Part shown: positions 48,146 to 57,478 of the stretch, one piece after another
How positions within the stretch are numbered: the stretch's first letter is position 1
Layout of the letters: each line of letters opens with the position of its first letter
DNA from: an uncultured Rhodobiaceae bacterium
GTDB lineage: Bacteria > Pseudomonadota > Alphaproteobacteria > Rhizobiales > TMED25
NCBI GenBank assembly: GCA_913045225.1
Contig: CAJWPC010000004.1
Coordinates: forward strand, 26,626 to 90,625
Direction of reading: 5' to 3'
DNA: 64,000 bases
The notes under the pieces: generated by a model
What the model saw: the letters and a program-made list of their open reading frames with translations, nothing else
Told to the model about the DNA's origin: nothing
The model's database searches: none
Made by a program: the position numbers and the translations under genes

Positions 48146-48466
48146 ATGGATTTTTCCGAGATAATGAAACAAGCCAGCAAAATTCAAGATCAGATGAAAT
48201 CAGCGAAAGAAGAACTGAAAAATATTGAAACTGAGGGAACTTCAGGTGGTGGACTTGTAAAGGTAACCATCAACGGCGATCATGAACTAAAAAAAATCGA
48301 TATTGATTCATCTATTCTAGTTGCAAGTGAGAAGGAGATAATAGAAGACCTAATAATAGCAGCGTTCACCGATGCAAAATCAAAAATTAATAGTGAAATT
48401 GCAAAAAAGATGAAAGATATAACGGGTGGTCTTCCGATTCCTCCAGGATTTAATATTGGTTTTTAA
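48146..48466 (+). CDS. ybaB: YbaB/EbfC family nucleoid-associated protein
   Basis: 106 aa with MKQA.K.Q..M......L......G.SGGG.V.V..NG...., located between dnaX and recR. Confidence 0.93.
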   Translation: MDFSEIMKQASKIQDQMKSAKEELKNIETEGTSGGGLVKVTINGDHELKKIDIDSSILVASEKEIIEDLIIAAFTDAKSKINSEIAKKMKDITGGLPIPPGFNIGF

Positions 48467-49075
48467 TTGATGAATTTCGATGACAAAAATGAGATAAATA
48501 ATTTCATAAAGCTCTTATCAAAATTACCAGGGCTTGGACCAAGATCTGGAAGAAGGGCAGCCCTCGCAATTATTAAACAAAAAGAGAAACTGCTAATTCC
48601 TCTAAAAGATGCCTTTAATGATATTAGCGAAAAAATTGTTGTTTGCGAAATTTGCAATAATATTGATCTCAAATCGCCATGTGCAATATGCAGTAATCAA
48701 AATAAAGATATGAATATTATTTGTGTGGTTGAAGAAATTTCTGATCTGTGGGCGATTGAAAGAGCTGGTGTTTTTAAAGGATATTATCATATTCTCGGCG
48801 GAGTGCTGAACGCACTAGATGGAGTTGGTCCTGACCAATTAAGTATTGAAAAATTAGGCCAAAGAATAAAGCAAAACCAAGTTCAAGAGATAATTTTGGC
48901 ATTAAGCGCAACAATAGATGGACAAACAACACTTCATTTTTTGATAGATTATTTAGAAGATTTTAATGTTAAAGTCACAAAGCTCGCTCATGGAATTCCA
49001 ATTGGTGGAGAGTTAGATTATTTAGATGATGGTACGCTCACCCAAGCAATATTGTCACGAACAACAGCGGACTAG
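48467..49075 (+). CDS. recR: recombination protein RecR
   Basis: 202 aa with LPGLGPRSGRRAA (HhH), a C4 zinc finger (CEICNN...CAIC) and a Toprim domain. The ATG at 48470 is an alternative start. Confidence 0.95.
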   Translation: MMNFDDKNEINNFIKLLSKLPGLGPRSGRRAALAIIKQKEKLLIPLKDAFNDISEKIVVCEICNNIDLKSPCAICSNQNKDMNIICVVEEISDLWAIERAGVFKGYYHILGGVLNALDGVGPDQLSIEKLGQRIKQNQVQEIILALSATIDGQTTLHFLIDYLEDFNVKVTKLAHGIPIGGELDYLDDGTLTQAILSRTTAD

Positions 49076-50154
49076 TCGTTTGACTCGTTAAAAATCCTTT
49101 TGGGTTCAGGTGTTTGTTCTAGGACGTTCAGCTTTCTTCCACTTGTAGCAATCTTCTTTGATGATACCGTAATTTTCTCTATATCCTGACTTGCCAAATT
49201 GAAATGTTTTTGTAAATCCTGAACTCTACTATTTAGTCTTTCAATATCTATCAAAACATTACCAACTTCTGTCTTTATTATACCAAGTTGTTTTTGCATT
49301 TGAGCGTCACGTATTAAAGTCTGAAGTGTTTGAACAGTAAGCATTAGAGTATTTGGTGAAACTATCGTAATTCCTGATCTATAAGATTTTTGAATTAAAT
49401 CACCAAAACTCTCATAGAGGTCTGCATATACCGACTCAGAAGGAATAAACATGATTAACGGTTCCCGAACCTCACCGGGTATTTTATATTTCTCAGCTAT
49501 ATCATTTACATGTTTTGATACATCAACTTTGATCTTCGCAGATGCCTTTTTCTTATCTTCAGTTGTTTTTGATGATCTCAGTTCATCAAAACTCTCCAGA
49601 GGAAATTTTGAGTCAATGACAACCAATTCGTCCGAATTTGGCATGCGAATTATACAATCGGGTCTTTTTGAATTTGATAGGGTATACTGAAAAGAGTAAA
49701 GAGCACTTGGGAGTGAGTCTGCAATTATCGACTCCATCCTTGCCTGCCCGAAAGCGCCTCTTTGTTGCTTATTTGAGAGTATGCCTTGAAGGTCTATGAC
49801 ATTATTCGACAAATCTGTGATGTTTTTTTGTGCATTATCAATTACTGCGAGACGTTCAGATAATTTTGTTAAATCCTCATGCGTCTTCTCTCGACTTTGC
49901 TTGAGCTCCTCTTGAACTTTCTCGTTAATTTTATCTTTCACCTCATTGATTGAATTATTAAGCCTGTCATGATTTCCATTGAACAAATCAGTTAGAGTTC
50001 TAATCTTCAGATCTAATTCATTATTTTGTTTGATTAATTCACTAATCTCAGTTTCAGAGCTATTATGACTCCTTTTATTTTGAGAGAGCATCACATAGAG
50101 TGCTATCAAAAAAATGGTAAGCAGAAGTAGTGTGATTATTATGATTTCAGTCAT
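49072..50154 (-). CDS. rmuC: DNA recombination protein RmuC
   Basis: 360 aa with an N-terminal TM helix, a coiled coil and a C-terminal RmuC nuclease-like domain (RPDCII..P......VIDSKFP...). Confidence 0.88.
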   Translation of the reverse strand: MTEIIIITLLLLTIFLIALYVMLSQNKRSHNSSETEISELIKQNNELDLKIRTLTDLFNGNHDRLNNSINEVKDKINEKVQEELKQSREKTHEDLTKLSERLAVIDNAQKNITDLSNNVIDLQGILSNKQQRGAFGQARMESIIADSLPSALYSFQYTLSNSKRPDCIIRMPNSDELVVIDSKFPLESFDELRSSKTTEDKKKASAKIKVDVSKHVNDIAEKYKIPGEVREPLIMFIPSESVYADLYESFGDLIQKSYRSGITIVSPNTLMLTVQTLQTLIRDAQMQKQLGIIKTEVGNVLIDIERLNSRVQDLQKHFNLASQDIEKITVSSKKIATSGRKLNVLEQTPEPKRIFNESND

Positions 50155-50233
50155 CTTCTAAATTATATTGATATTATTTTTACATTTTAATATGTTTTGC
50201 ATTAAAATACTAATTTTATATGCAGAGTAAAAT

Positions 50234-50746
50234 ATGATTTATCCAATTATAACTATCCCGGACAAAGTGCTACGAACAAAGTCCGATGCAGTTGATAGAA
50301 TAGATGGCGAAATCTTGTCAATATTAGATAACATGGCTGAAACCATGTATGCAGCCCCTGGAATTGGGCTAGCTGCTATACAAGTTGGTATCACTAAAAG
50401 ATTGGTTGTTATAGATTGCGAGCATAGTGAGGAGAAAAAAAAGAGCCCTCTCTATATGGTAAACCCTGAAATTGTGTGGACATCAAGTGAACTGTCTGTT
50501 TACAAGGAGGGCTGTCTTTCAATACCTGAGTTTTATGAAGAAATTGAAAGACCATCCCAATGTCGGGTCAAGTATCTCGATAAAAAAAATAAGGTACAAT
50601 TCCTACATTGTGATGGGCTTCTTGCGACATGCGTCCAGCATGAGATAGATCATTTAGACGGGAAATTATTTATTGACTACCTCTCTCGTCTAAAAAGAAC
50701 ATCTATCGAAAAAAAATTTATCAAACAATATAAGCAAAAGGCTTAA
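50234..50746 (+). CDS. def: peptide deformylase
   Basis: 170 aa with GIGLAA.Q, EGCLS and QHEIDHLDG motifs. Confidence 0.96.
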   Translation: MIYPIITIPDKVLRTKSDAVDRIDGEILSILDNMAETMYAAPGIGLAAIQVGITKRLVVIDCEHSEEKKKSPLYMVNPEIVWTSSELSVYKEGCLSIPEFYEEIERPSQCRVKYLDKKNKVQFLHCDGLLATCVQHEIDHLDGKLFIDYLSRLKRTSIEKKFIKQYKQKA

Positions 50747-50756
50747 GAACGATTAT

Positions 50757-51695
50757 ATGAACATTATTTTTATGAGCTCGTCAGAATTTGGGCTACCTGC
50801 TTTGAAAAAGCTTGTTGAGTCGCAAAATAAAATTTCAGCAGTTTACACACAGCCACCAAAAAAATCTGGCAGAGGTCTGAAGATGAATAAGTCTGTAATT
50901 CATCAATTTGCCTTGCAAAATAATCTGTGCGTTAGAACGCCAACAAACTTAAAGGAACAGACTGAAATAGATTTTTTAAAAAAATCAAATCCTGATCTTG
51001 GTATTGTAGTATCCTACGGATTGATAATACCAACCAAGATATTAAAGATTCCTAGATTTGGTTTTTTAAATATCCACCCATCTCTTCTACCAAGGTGGAG
51101 GGGTGCTGCACCAATACAAAGAGCAATAATGAACGGGGATAAGAAAACAGGTGTAAATATAATGAAACTTGATGATGGATTGGACACAGGGGATATTTGC
51201 AAGAAAATTGTAATTGAGATTAAGGAAACGGATAATAATGAGTCACTATCACTCAAATTATCAAAATTAGGCGCTGAAGTTTTGATGCAAGCAGTTATTG
51301 ATCTCCAAGATGGAAACTTAAATTTCACAAGACAAGATAATATAAATACAACCTATGCAAAAAAAATTGATAAAAAAGAAACAGAATTAGATTTCAACTG
51401 TGCAGCCAAGGAGATACATAACAAAATAAGAGGCTTGAGCCCGCATCCAGGAGCATGGTTTAAATATATTGATGCTTCTAATAATTTTAGGGTACGAATA
51501 ATCGAGGCAAAAATTTTGGAAGGGCATGGTGAGCCTGGCGAAGTGATCGACGATGAACTCTCTATAGCTTGTGGTGATAATGCCATCAAACCAATATTAG
51601 TACAAAAAGAAGGGAAAAAGCCAATGCACATAAAGGACTTCCTTCTAGGAACAAAAATACCAAAGGGGGTCATACTCAATAAATCGGTGATATAA
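50757..51695 (+). CDS. fmt: methionyl-tRNA formyltransferase
   Basis: 312 aa with the N-terminal formyltransferase motif (NIHPSLLPRWRGAAPIQRAI) and the C-terminal tRNA-binding domain. Follows def. Confidence 0.95.
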   Translation: MNIIFMSSSEFGLPALKKLVESQNKISAVYTQPPKKSGRGLKMNKSVIHQFALQNNLCVRTPTNLKEQTEIDFLKKSNPDLGIVVSYGLIIPTKILKIPRFGFLNIHPSLLPRWRGAAPIQRAIMNGDKKTGVNIMKLDDGLDTGDICKKIVIEIKETDNNESLSLKLSKLGAEVLMQAVIDLQDGNLNFTRQDNINTTYAKKIDKKETELDFNCAAKEIHNKIRGLSPHPGAWFKYIDASNNFRVRIIEAKILEGHGEPGEVIDDELSIACGDNAIKPILVQKEGKKPMHIKDFLLGTKIPKGVILNKSVI

Positions 51696-51704
51696 ATTAA
51701 AAAA

Positions 51705-52448
51705 ATGAGATATAAACTTACAATCGAATATGATGGTACAGATTATTCAGGCTGGCAAAAGCAAGATAATTCTTCGTCAATTCAAGAGCATATTGAAATT
51801 GCCATTGAAAAATTTTGTGGTGAGAAATCAGGTGTATCCGGTGCAGGCAGAACGGATGCGGGTGTCCATGCATCTGGACAAGTTGCTCATCTAGATTTTG
51901 ATCAGGATCGCGACGCTGATCAAATACGAAAAGGTATTAATTTTTATCTTAAGAATGAAAAAATCAGTGTTTTAGGTGTTGAGAGAGTTCCTGATGACTT
52001 TGACGCCAGATTCTCAGCAATAATGAGACACTACAGATATAAAATAATGAACCGACAGAGCCCACTTACATACCACAGCAATACACACGCACATGTAAAG
52101 CAAAACTTGGATATTACACTAATGCAGCAGGCTGCAGATTATTTCATTGGCAAACACGATTTTACTACTTTTAGATCGGCTGGATGCCAGTCAAAATCTC
52201 CAATTAAATCAATTGAAAAAATTTTAATTACAAAGAAGAGGGATAAGATCTATGTTGATTTTACAGCTAAATCTTTTTTACATACTCAAGTAAGATCGAT
52301 TATGGGCTGCATACTCAAAGTTGGTACAGGATCTTGGGATCTGTCAATGATACCTGATATTATTGCTGCGAAAGATAGAACAAAATGTGCAACTCTCGCT
52401 CCATCTTGCGGTTTGTATCTTAAAAAAATTGATTACGGTTCTATGTAA
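51705..52448 (+). CDS. truA: tRNA pseudouridine(38-40) synthase
   Basis: 247 aa with Y.G..Y.GWQ.Q and the catalytic GAGRTDAGVHA. Confidence 0.95.
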   Translation: MRYKLTIEYDGTDYSGWQKQDNSSSIQEHIEIAIEKFCGEKSGVSGAGRTDAGVHASGQVAHLDFDQDRDADQIRKGINFYLKNEKISVLGVERVPDDFDARFSAIMRHYRYKIMNRQSPLTYHSNTHAHVKQNLDITLMQQAADYFIGKHDFTTFRSAGCQSKSPIKSIEKILITKKRDKIYVDFTAKSFLHTQVRSIMGCILKVGTGSWDLSMIPDIIAAKDRTKCATLAPSCGLYLKKIDYGSM

Positions 52449-52452
52449 AGAT

Positions 52453-53610
52453 TTACAAGTTAAAATAATTATCAATAAATTCTATATAAATCTCTGTAAG
52501 GAGAAAAAAATCATCTATTCTTATTTTTTCGTCTACCTGATGCATTGTCCTGCCAACAAGCCCAAACTCTACTACTGGGCAATATTTTGCAATAAAACGA
52601 CCGTCTGATGTCCCACCGAAAGTGCTTAGTTTGGCATCTATGTTAGTTTTATTAAATATAGCCTTTTGAAGTAAATCAGTTAATTTCCCACTCCCAGTGT
52701 AATAAACATCTGCTACCGAAATTTTTCTCAGATCAAAGGTAATTTCTGCTTCATCAAGAGCTGATGAAAGCCTATTCTTTATGTACTCTATCAAAGATAT
52801 TTCATTCCATAAATCATTAAACCGAACGTTAAGAGATACGTGAACTAATTCAGGAATGATGTTATGAGTTGGGTTATTTACATCGATAGATGTAATCTCA
52901 ATATTAGTTGGTAGAAAATGCTCAGATCCTTCATCTAACTGTCCAGTAATCTTTGATAACGCCTTTATGGCATGTGTTATGGGATTTTTTGCTTTTTCGG
53001 GGTATGCAACATGGCCTTGCTTTCCAATAATTCTTAAATCACACGATAAACTACCCCTACGCCCAATTTTAATATTGTCTCCAATCAACTCTTTATTTGT
53101 TGGTTCAGTAACAATGCAGTCATTAATTTTTATTCCTTGATCATTGACCCACTTGATGAGAGGTTTGGTACCATTTATTGCCACTCCTTCCTCGTCACCT
53201 GTTAACATATAACTCAGCGTACCTTTGGAGTCCATTCTCTCATAATAGTTAATTCCCGCCACTATGGATGCAATCACCGCTCCTTTCATATCTTCTGCAC
53301 CACGAGCATATATGATTCCGTCTTCAATATGCCCTGAAAAAGGGGGGTGCTTCCAACTATTCAGTTCGCCCGGGGGAACAACATCTACATGTCCCGCAAA
53401 ATTGAGATGCGGACCCCCAGACCCAATAATTGCAAACATATTTTCTACTTCTATTGTATCAGCAGAGCCAAATTTCACTCTATGTATTTCAAAATTATAT
53501 TTTTTGAAAAGTTTTTCTAAAAAATCAAATGACTTTTTAGCATCGGGAGTAACACTCTCAATCCTTAGAAAATCTTGTAATATGTTTTGCGCTTCGACTT
53601 GATTTATCAT
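52453..53610 (-). CDS. dapE: succinyl-diaminopimelate desuccinylase (M20 peptidase)
   Basis: 385 aa with the M20 metal motifs GHVDVVP, GA.DMKG and TGDEEG. Adjacent to dapD. Confidence 0.9.
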   Translation of the reverse strand: MINQVEAQNILQDFLRIESVTPDAKKSFDFLEKLFKKYNFEIHRVKFGSADTIEVENMFAIIGSGGPHLNFAGHVDVVPPGELNSWKHPPFSGHIEDGIIYARGAEDMKGAVIASIVAGINYYERMDSKGTLSYMLTGDEEGVAINGTKPLIKWVNDQGIKINDCIVTEPTNKELIGDNIKIGRRGSLSCDLRIIGKQGHVAYPEKAKNPITHAIKALSKITGQLDEGSEHFLPTNIEITSIDVNNPTHNIIPELVHVSLNVRFNDLWNEISLIEYIKNRLSSALDEAEITFDLRKISVADVYYTGSGKLTDLLQKAIFNKTNIDAKLSTFGGTSDGRFIAKYCPVVEFGLVGRTMHQVDEKIRIDDFFLLTEIYIEFIDNYFNL

Positions 53611-53633
53611 GAATATACTTTTTTAAAAAATAT

Positions 53634-54452
53634 TTATGGCCTTAATAACTCATTGATCGATGTTTTTAATCGAGTTTTCTCGTCGACCCTTTTTACAATT
53701 ACTGCACAATAAAGTCCCAAGCCGTCGTCCTTCATCTTTTCACTAGGTAACGTTCCGGGAACTACTACAGAATAAGATGGAACTTTACCATAATAAATAT
53801 CCCCAGTATCTCTATCGACTATCTTCGTTGAGGCTCCAATAAAGACACCCATAGAAATTACTGATCCTTCTTCGACCAACACACCTTCAGCAATTTCTGA
53901 TCTAGCCCCAATAAAGCAATTATCTTCTATTATTACTGGATTTGCTTGAAGTGGCTCAAGTACGCCACCAATGCCTACACCTCCACTTATGTGACAATTT
54001 TTTCCTATTTGTGCACACGATCCAATTGTAGACCAAGTATCAATCATTGTACCTTGATCCACGTAAGCACCCACATTGATGAATGAGGGCATAATAATAC
54101 AATCTTTTGCAACAAAAGCAGATTTTCTAATCACAGCATTTGGAACATTACGGAATCCTGCTAAGTTATACTTATCTTCATCCCAATCTGCAGTCTTGCC
54201 AGCGACTTTATCGAACCAAGTTGCGTATGGCCCACTTAGAGTTGAATTACTTTTTGTCCTGAAACTGAGTAATATGGCTTTCTTAATCCATTGATTAACT
54301 ACCCAATTTCCGTTGATTTTTTCGCAGACTCTGAGTGCCCCTGAGTCCAATTGTTCAAGAACGTCATCGACAATCATACTGACTTCTTGAATATTAGCAG
54401 ATGAATTATTATCGAAAACATCATTAATTATCTGTTCGTAATTATTACTCAT
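53634..54452 (-). CDS. dapD: 2,3,4,5-tetrahydropyridine-2,6-dicarboxylate N-succinyltransferase
   Basis: 272 aa with left-handed beta-helix hexapeptide repeats and DapD-type N- and C-terminal regions. Confidence 0.92.
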   Translation of the reverse strand: MSNNYEQIINDVFDNNSSANIQEVSMIVDDVLEQLDSGALRVCEKINGNWVVNQWIKKAILLSFRTKSNSTLSGPYATWFDKVAGKTADWDEDKYNLAGFRNVPNAVIRKSAFVAKDCIIMPSFINVGAYVDQGTMIDTWSTIGSCAQIGKNCHISGGVGIGGVLEPLQANPVIIEDNCFIGARSEIAEGVLVEEGSVISMGVFIGASTKIVDRDTGDIYYGKVPSYSVVVPGTLPSEKMKDDGLGLYCAVIVKRVDEKTRLKTSINELLRP

Positions 54453-54464
54453 TTTTCGTTATTC

Positions 54465-55319
54465 TCAACCTTTCATATATTTATCGATCAAATTTGAATA
54501 TATATCTTCATTGGATAATTCACTTAATTTATCCATATCTATATTATAATCACCAAAATTACCAGTTTCGAACAATCTTTGCATTGCATCTTTATAAGCT
54601 TGCATCGCAATGAAATATGCTTTGTGACCTGGCAGACTAACCGAAATACCTAAGTCAGCAAGCTCATCTAAGGACAATTCAGTTGAATTATTACCAAGAA
54701 TTATTGGTACTTTGTGATGATTTGATATTTCATAAATATGATTTCGTGTATCGATATTAACATAGAAAATTGCATCCGCGCCTTCGGACTCGTAAGCCTT
54801 ACCCCTTTCAATCATATCTTGAAAACCAGTGTATGAGTAACAGCCAGTTCTCGCTATTATACAAGTACTCGTGCTTTCTCTCGAATCTACAGCCATTTTT
54901 ATTTTTTTTGAAGCTTCTTTTATATCTAAAAAATCTGATTTTTTTAAGGCACCAAATTTAATTGGAAGATCCGTATCTTCTATGCTTATACCAGAAGCCC
55001 CTGCATCTTCGAGATTCTCAACTGTTCGTTTTACATTCAATGCATTCCCATAGCCATTGTCGGCATCAACGATTAATGGTATCTCTGTATTTTTGGCAAT
55101 TCTTCTCACGGTATCAGTAAGCTCCGACAATGTTAACAGCATAAGATCAGGCTCGGATAAAAAATCAAGTGCCAAAATCTTGCCTGGTATAATACCCAAT
55201 CTAAAACCAACATCACCGGCAAGCCTTGCTGATAATGGATTAAAAATTGTTGCGGGATTGTAGCAATTACCATCAATTAGCAACTCTCTTAACCTTGCGC
55301 TTAAACTCGTACTTATCAT
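54465..55319 (-). CDS. isocitrate lyase / PEP mutase superfamily protein (not a canonical ICL/MICL)
   Basis: 284 aa with PLIVDADNGYG and GISIED motifs of the superfamily. The K(K/R)CGH catalytic-loop motif of isocitrate and methylisocitrate lyases is not present (the sequence here is LPIKFGALKK). Confidence 0.75.
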   Translation of the reverse strand: MISTSLSARLRELLIDGNCYNPATIFNPLSARLAGDVGFRLGIIPGKILALDFLSEPDLMLLTLSELTDTVRRIAKNTEIPLIVDADNGYGNALNVKRTVENLEDAGASGISIEDTDLPIKFGALKKSDFLDIKEASKKIKMAVDSRESTSTCIIARTGCYSYTGFQDMIERGKAYESEGADAIFYVNIDTRNHIYEISNHHKVPIILGNNSTELSLDELADLGISVSLPGHKAYFIAMQAYKDAMQRLFETGNFGDYNIDMDKLSELSNEDIYSNLIDKYMKG

Positions 55320-55410
55320 AAAATTTCTCTGAATATAATTATTTATGTGATATTTATAAGCTCTTAAACTGTTACTATCCTGTTAAATTTACGTATCATT
55401 ATTTTCTAAA

Positions 55411-55809
55411 CTAAAGTGGCTTCCAATCATCTTTTTTTGCTTCCCAACTATCAAAAATTTCTTGCGCCGCTTTTAAAGCATGATTAGTTTTTGGAAATCC
55501 AATATATGGCGAACACTGCAGAATGACCTCGATAAGTTCGTCTTTATTTGCGCCCCTATTTAATGCTCCCCTAACATGTAACCCTACCTCGTGAGGCAAA
55601 TCAAGAGCGGCGGCTGCAGCCATAACTATCATTTCCCTTGTTTTTAGATCAAGATTTGGCCTGTCCCAAACCGTACCAAAACAATACTCATGAATGGCAT
55701 CAGCATGTGTAGGACAAATTTTATAAAGGTCATCCCAGCGTTCTAAACCTTCCTTACCAAAAGCTTCATCACGAATCTTTTTTCCTTTTTCCCATTTTTG
55801 ACTATTCAT
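55411..55809 (-). CDS. carboxymuconolactone decarboxylase family protein (PcaC-like)
   Basis: 132 aa with the typical CMD domain pattern W.RP.LD.KTRE........A......L..H...AL..GA..DELIEV.LQ...Y.GFP. Confidence 0.8.
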   Translation of the reverse strand: MNSQKWEKGKKIRDEAFGKEGLERWDDLYKICPTHADAIHEYCFGTVWDRPNLDLKTREMIVMAAAAALDLPHEVGLHVRGALNRGANKDELIEVILQCSPYIGFPKTNHALKAAQEIFDSWEAKKDDWKPL

Positions 55810-55813
55810 AATA

Positions 55814-56863
55814 TTACTCCTTTTTTGTTACTAAATCTTTGACGGCTTTTAACCCTTTTATACCTTTTGCACTATAAACAGCTCTTCCTATTGCTCTAGT
55901 TAGAGTATCTGAGGCAGTAGAACAAATAAATGAAAAATTATAGTCTTTTTTATAATAATTTCTCTTACAACTTGAGATTGCAAATATTATATCACCATCT
56001 AAACTTGTTCCAGCCGGCCTAATTGCCCTGCTCAGTCCGGAAGTACTCATTTTTGCAAGGTTATATAATTCTAACTTATTCAAATCTAAATTTGTTGCAA
56101 TAACGGAAATAGTTGTATTTTGCCTGTCTCTCGGTCGCTTATCCAGCTTTGTCGTCTTAGATATATCCAGTTGACATTGATAATGTTCAAAATCTCGAAA
56201 ATTTTTTCTCAAATTATTTCCCATCTCACCACCTAACTCATAAATACTGGAATAAAGAAGTCTAGTTCCAGGGATTACCGCAGAACCAACTGAATTTACA
56301 ATGGTGATGGCTCCTATAATTATGTCATTACTAATTTTTGTAGAGGCGCTGCCAAGGCCACCTTTGTGAGTACCAGCCACAGCACCAATACCAGCGCCAA
56401 AATTACCAAGTGAGAAGTCTTTGCTTGAGTTTAAGTATGCTTCATGGGATAGCTCTTTATATACTGCGGAGCTTATAGCAGAATAATTTTTTGTAGTTAT
56501 GTCATAAATACTGGCACATGGCACGATTGGTATTGAAATGTCTGTATCTTTTATTTTAAAGCCTATATTTTCTTGCTTGAGAATATCAACATACTCCGCA
56601 CCGGCCGCTAAGCCAAAAACGGATCCACCGCTTAATGAGATACCGTCAATAAACTCGACGGTATTATTTGGCTGTAATAATTCAACCTCACGAGATGCAG
56701 GTGCGCTGCCAAAAGTATAAGCTGACGCGCGATATTTGTGATTAAGTTTTAAAAATGTGAGTCCTGTATTGAGTTTAATATTCTCTGCATTACCAACTTT
56801 TATTCCTTCAACATCTGAAATAAGATTTTTTTTACCAGCAGTTATGTTTATTTTTTTTTGCAT
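55814..56863 (-). CDS. P1/S58 family peptidase (DmpA-like L-aminopeptidase/D-esterase)
   Basis: 349 aa with an N-terminal N.ITDV.G..VG-like pattern (NLISDVEGIKVGN) and a GTHKGGLGSAS region, typical of DmpA/BapA-type Ntn hydrolases. Confidence 0.75.
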   Translation of the reverse strand: MQKKINITAGKKNLISDVEGIKVGNAENIKLNTGLTFLKLNHKYRASAYTFGSAPASREVELLQPNNTVEFIDGISLSGGSVFGLAAGAEYVDILKQENIGFKIKDTDISIPIVPCASIYDITTKNYSAISSAVYKELSHEAYLNSSKDFSLGNFGAGIGAVAGTHKGGLGSASTKISNDIIIGAITIVNSVGSAVIPGTRLLYSSIYELGGEMGNNLRKNFRDFEHYQCQLDISKTTKLDKRPRDRQNTTISVIATNLDLNKLELYNLAKMSTSGLSRAIRPAGTSLDGDIIFAISSCKRNYYKKDYNFSFICSTASDTLTRAIGRAVYSAKGIKGLKAVKDLVTKKE

Positions 56864-56989
56864 ATTGATATCTGGAAATCTAGATTATAATAATTTAATC
56901 TTGATTATTATAAAATAAATATATTTTTTGTTTATGTTTTATATTTATTATTGTATAGATATCTAAATTTATAGTTTGGAGTAAATGAA

Positions 56990-57124
56990 GTGAAACGTAC
57001 TTATCAACCAAGCGTCCTCGTTAGAAAAAGAAGGCATGGTTTTAGGGCAAGAAAATCAACAAACGGAGGATTGAAAGTGCTAAACCGCAGACGTTCAAAG
57101 GGGAGAAAACGTCTTTCCGCATAA
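56990..57124 (+). CDS. rpmH: 50S ribosomal protein L34
   Basis: Not in the ORF track (44 aa). A GTG start follows GGAG (56978-56981). The translation is [44 protein letters not shown], the L34 consensus. Located upstream of rnpA. Confidence 0.95.
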   Translation: MKRTYQPSVLVRKRRHGFRARKSTNGGLKVLNRRRSKGRKRLSA

Positions 57125-57138
57125 TTCTGTAATAATAA

Positions 57139-57471
57139 TTGTCTCGAATGGAAGTTTTAAAAAAAAGGAATGAGTTTAAACTTGCTTCAGGTGGCAAAAA
57201 GTTTGTGACGCCATCATTTATCTTTTTAGAGCACAATCTTGAAGACAAAATGCACTCAAGCCCAAAGATTGGATATACTGCTTCTAAGAAAATCGGAACA
57301 TCTGTTCTTAGAAACAAGGCGAAAAGAAGGATGCGATCTGTCGTCTCCGACGTTTTCATTAATTATGCAAAGCAAGATACGAATTATGTGATGATAGCAC
57401 GAAAAGCAATTCTGGATTACCCCTATGAGTCACTTAAAAGTGACCTGGAAAGTTTATGTAAAAAAATCTGA
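57139..57471 (+). CDS. rnpA: ribonuclease P protein component
   Basis: 110 aa, basic, with the RNR-like motif (A..RN..KRR.R) and the rpmH-rnpA-yidC context. The ATG at 57148 is an alternative start. Confidence 0.9.
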   Translation: MSRMEVLKKRNEFKLASGGKKFVTPSFIFLEHNLEDKMHSSPKIGYTASKKIGTSVLRNKAKRRMRSVVSDVFINYAKQDTNYVMIARKAILDYPYESLKSDLESLCKKI

Positions 57472-57478
57472 TAATGCA

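Noticed and set aside
50184-50208. A perfect 8-bp inverted repeat ATTTTAAT-N9-ATTAAAAT in the rmuC/def divergent spacer, considered as a possible operator.
   Set aside because: It consists only of A/T in a spacer that is almost pure A/T, so such palindromes are expected by chance. There is no second copy elsewhere to suggest a motif.
51014-51679. Two consecutive antisense ORFs (104 and 108 aa) inside fmt.
   Set aside because: fmt has strong full-length family motifs. The antisense ORFs are Ser/Pro/Ile-rich shadow frames with no independent signal. The same reasoning applies to 36809-37168, 53264-53602, 57042-57359, 62420-62722 and the many shadow ORFs in 23-31.5 kb.
56864-56989. The AT-rich 126-nt spacer upstream of rpmH, considered as a possible replication origin (rpmH is next to dnaA/oriC in many bacteria).
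   Set aside because: There is no dnaA gene nearby and no TTATCCACA-like DnaA box in the spacer. Alphaproteobacterial origins are usually near hemE rather than rpmH.
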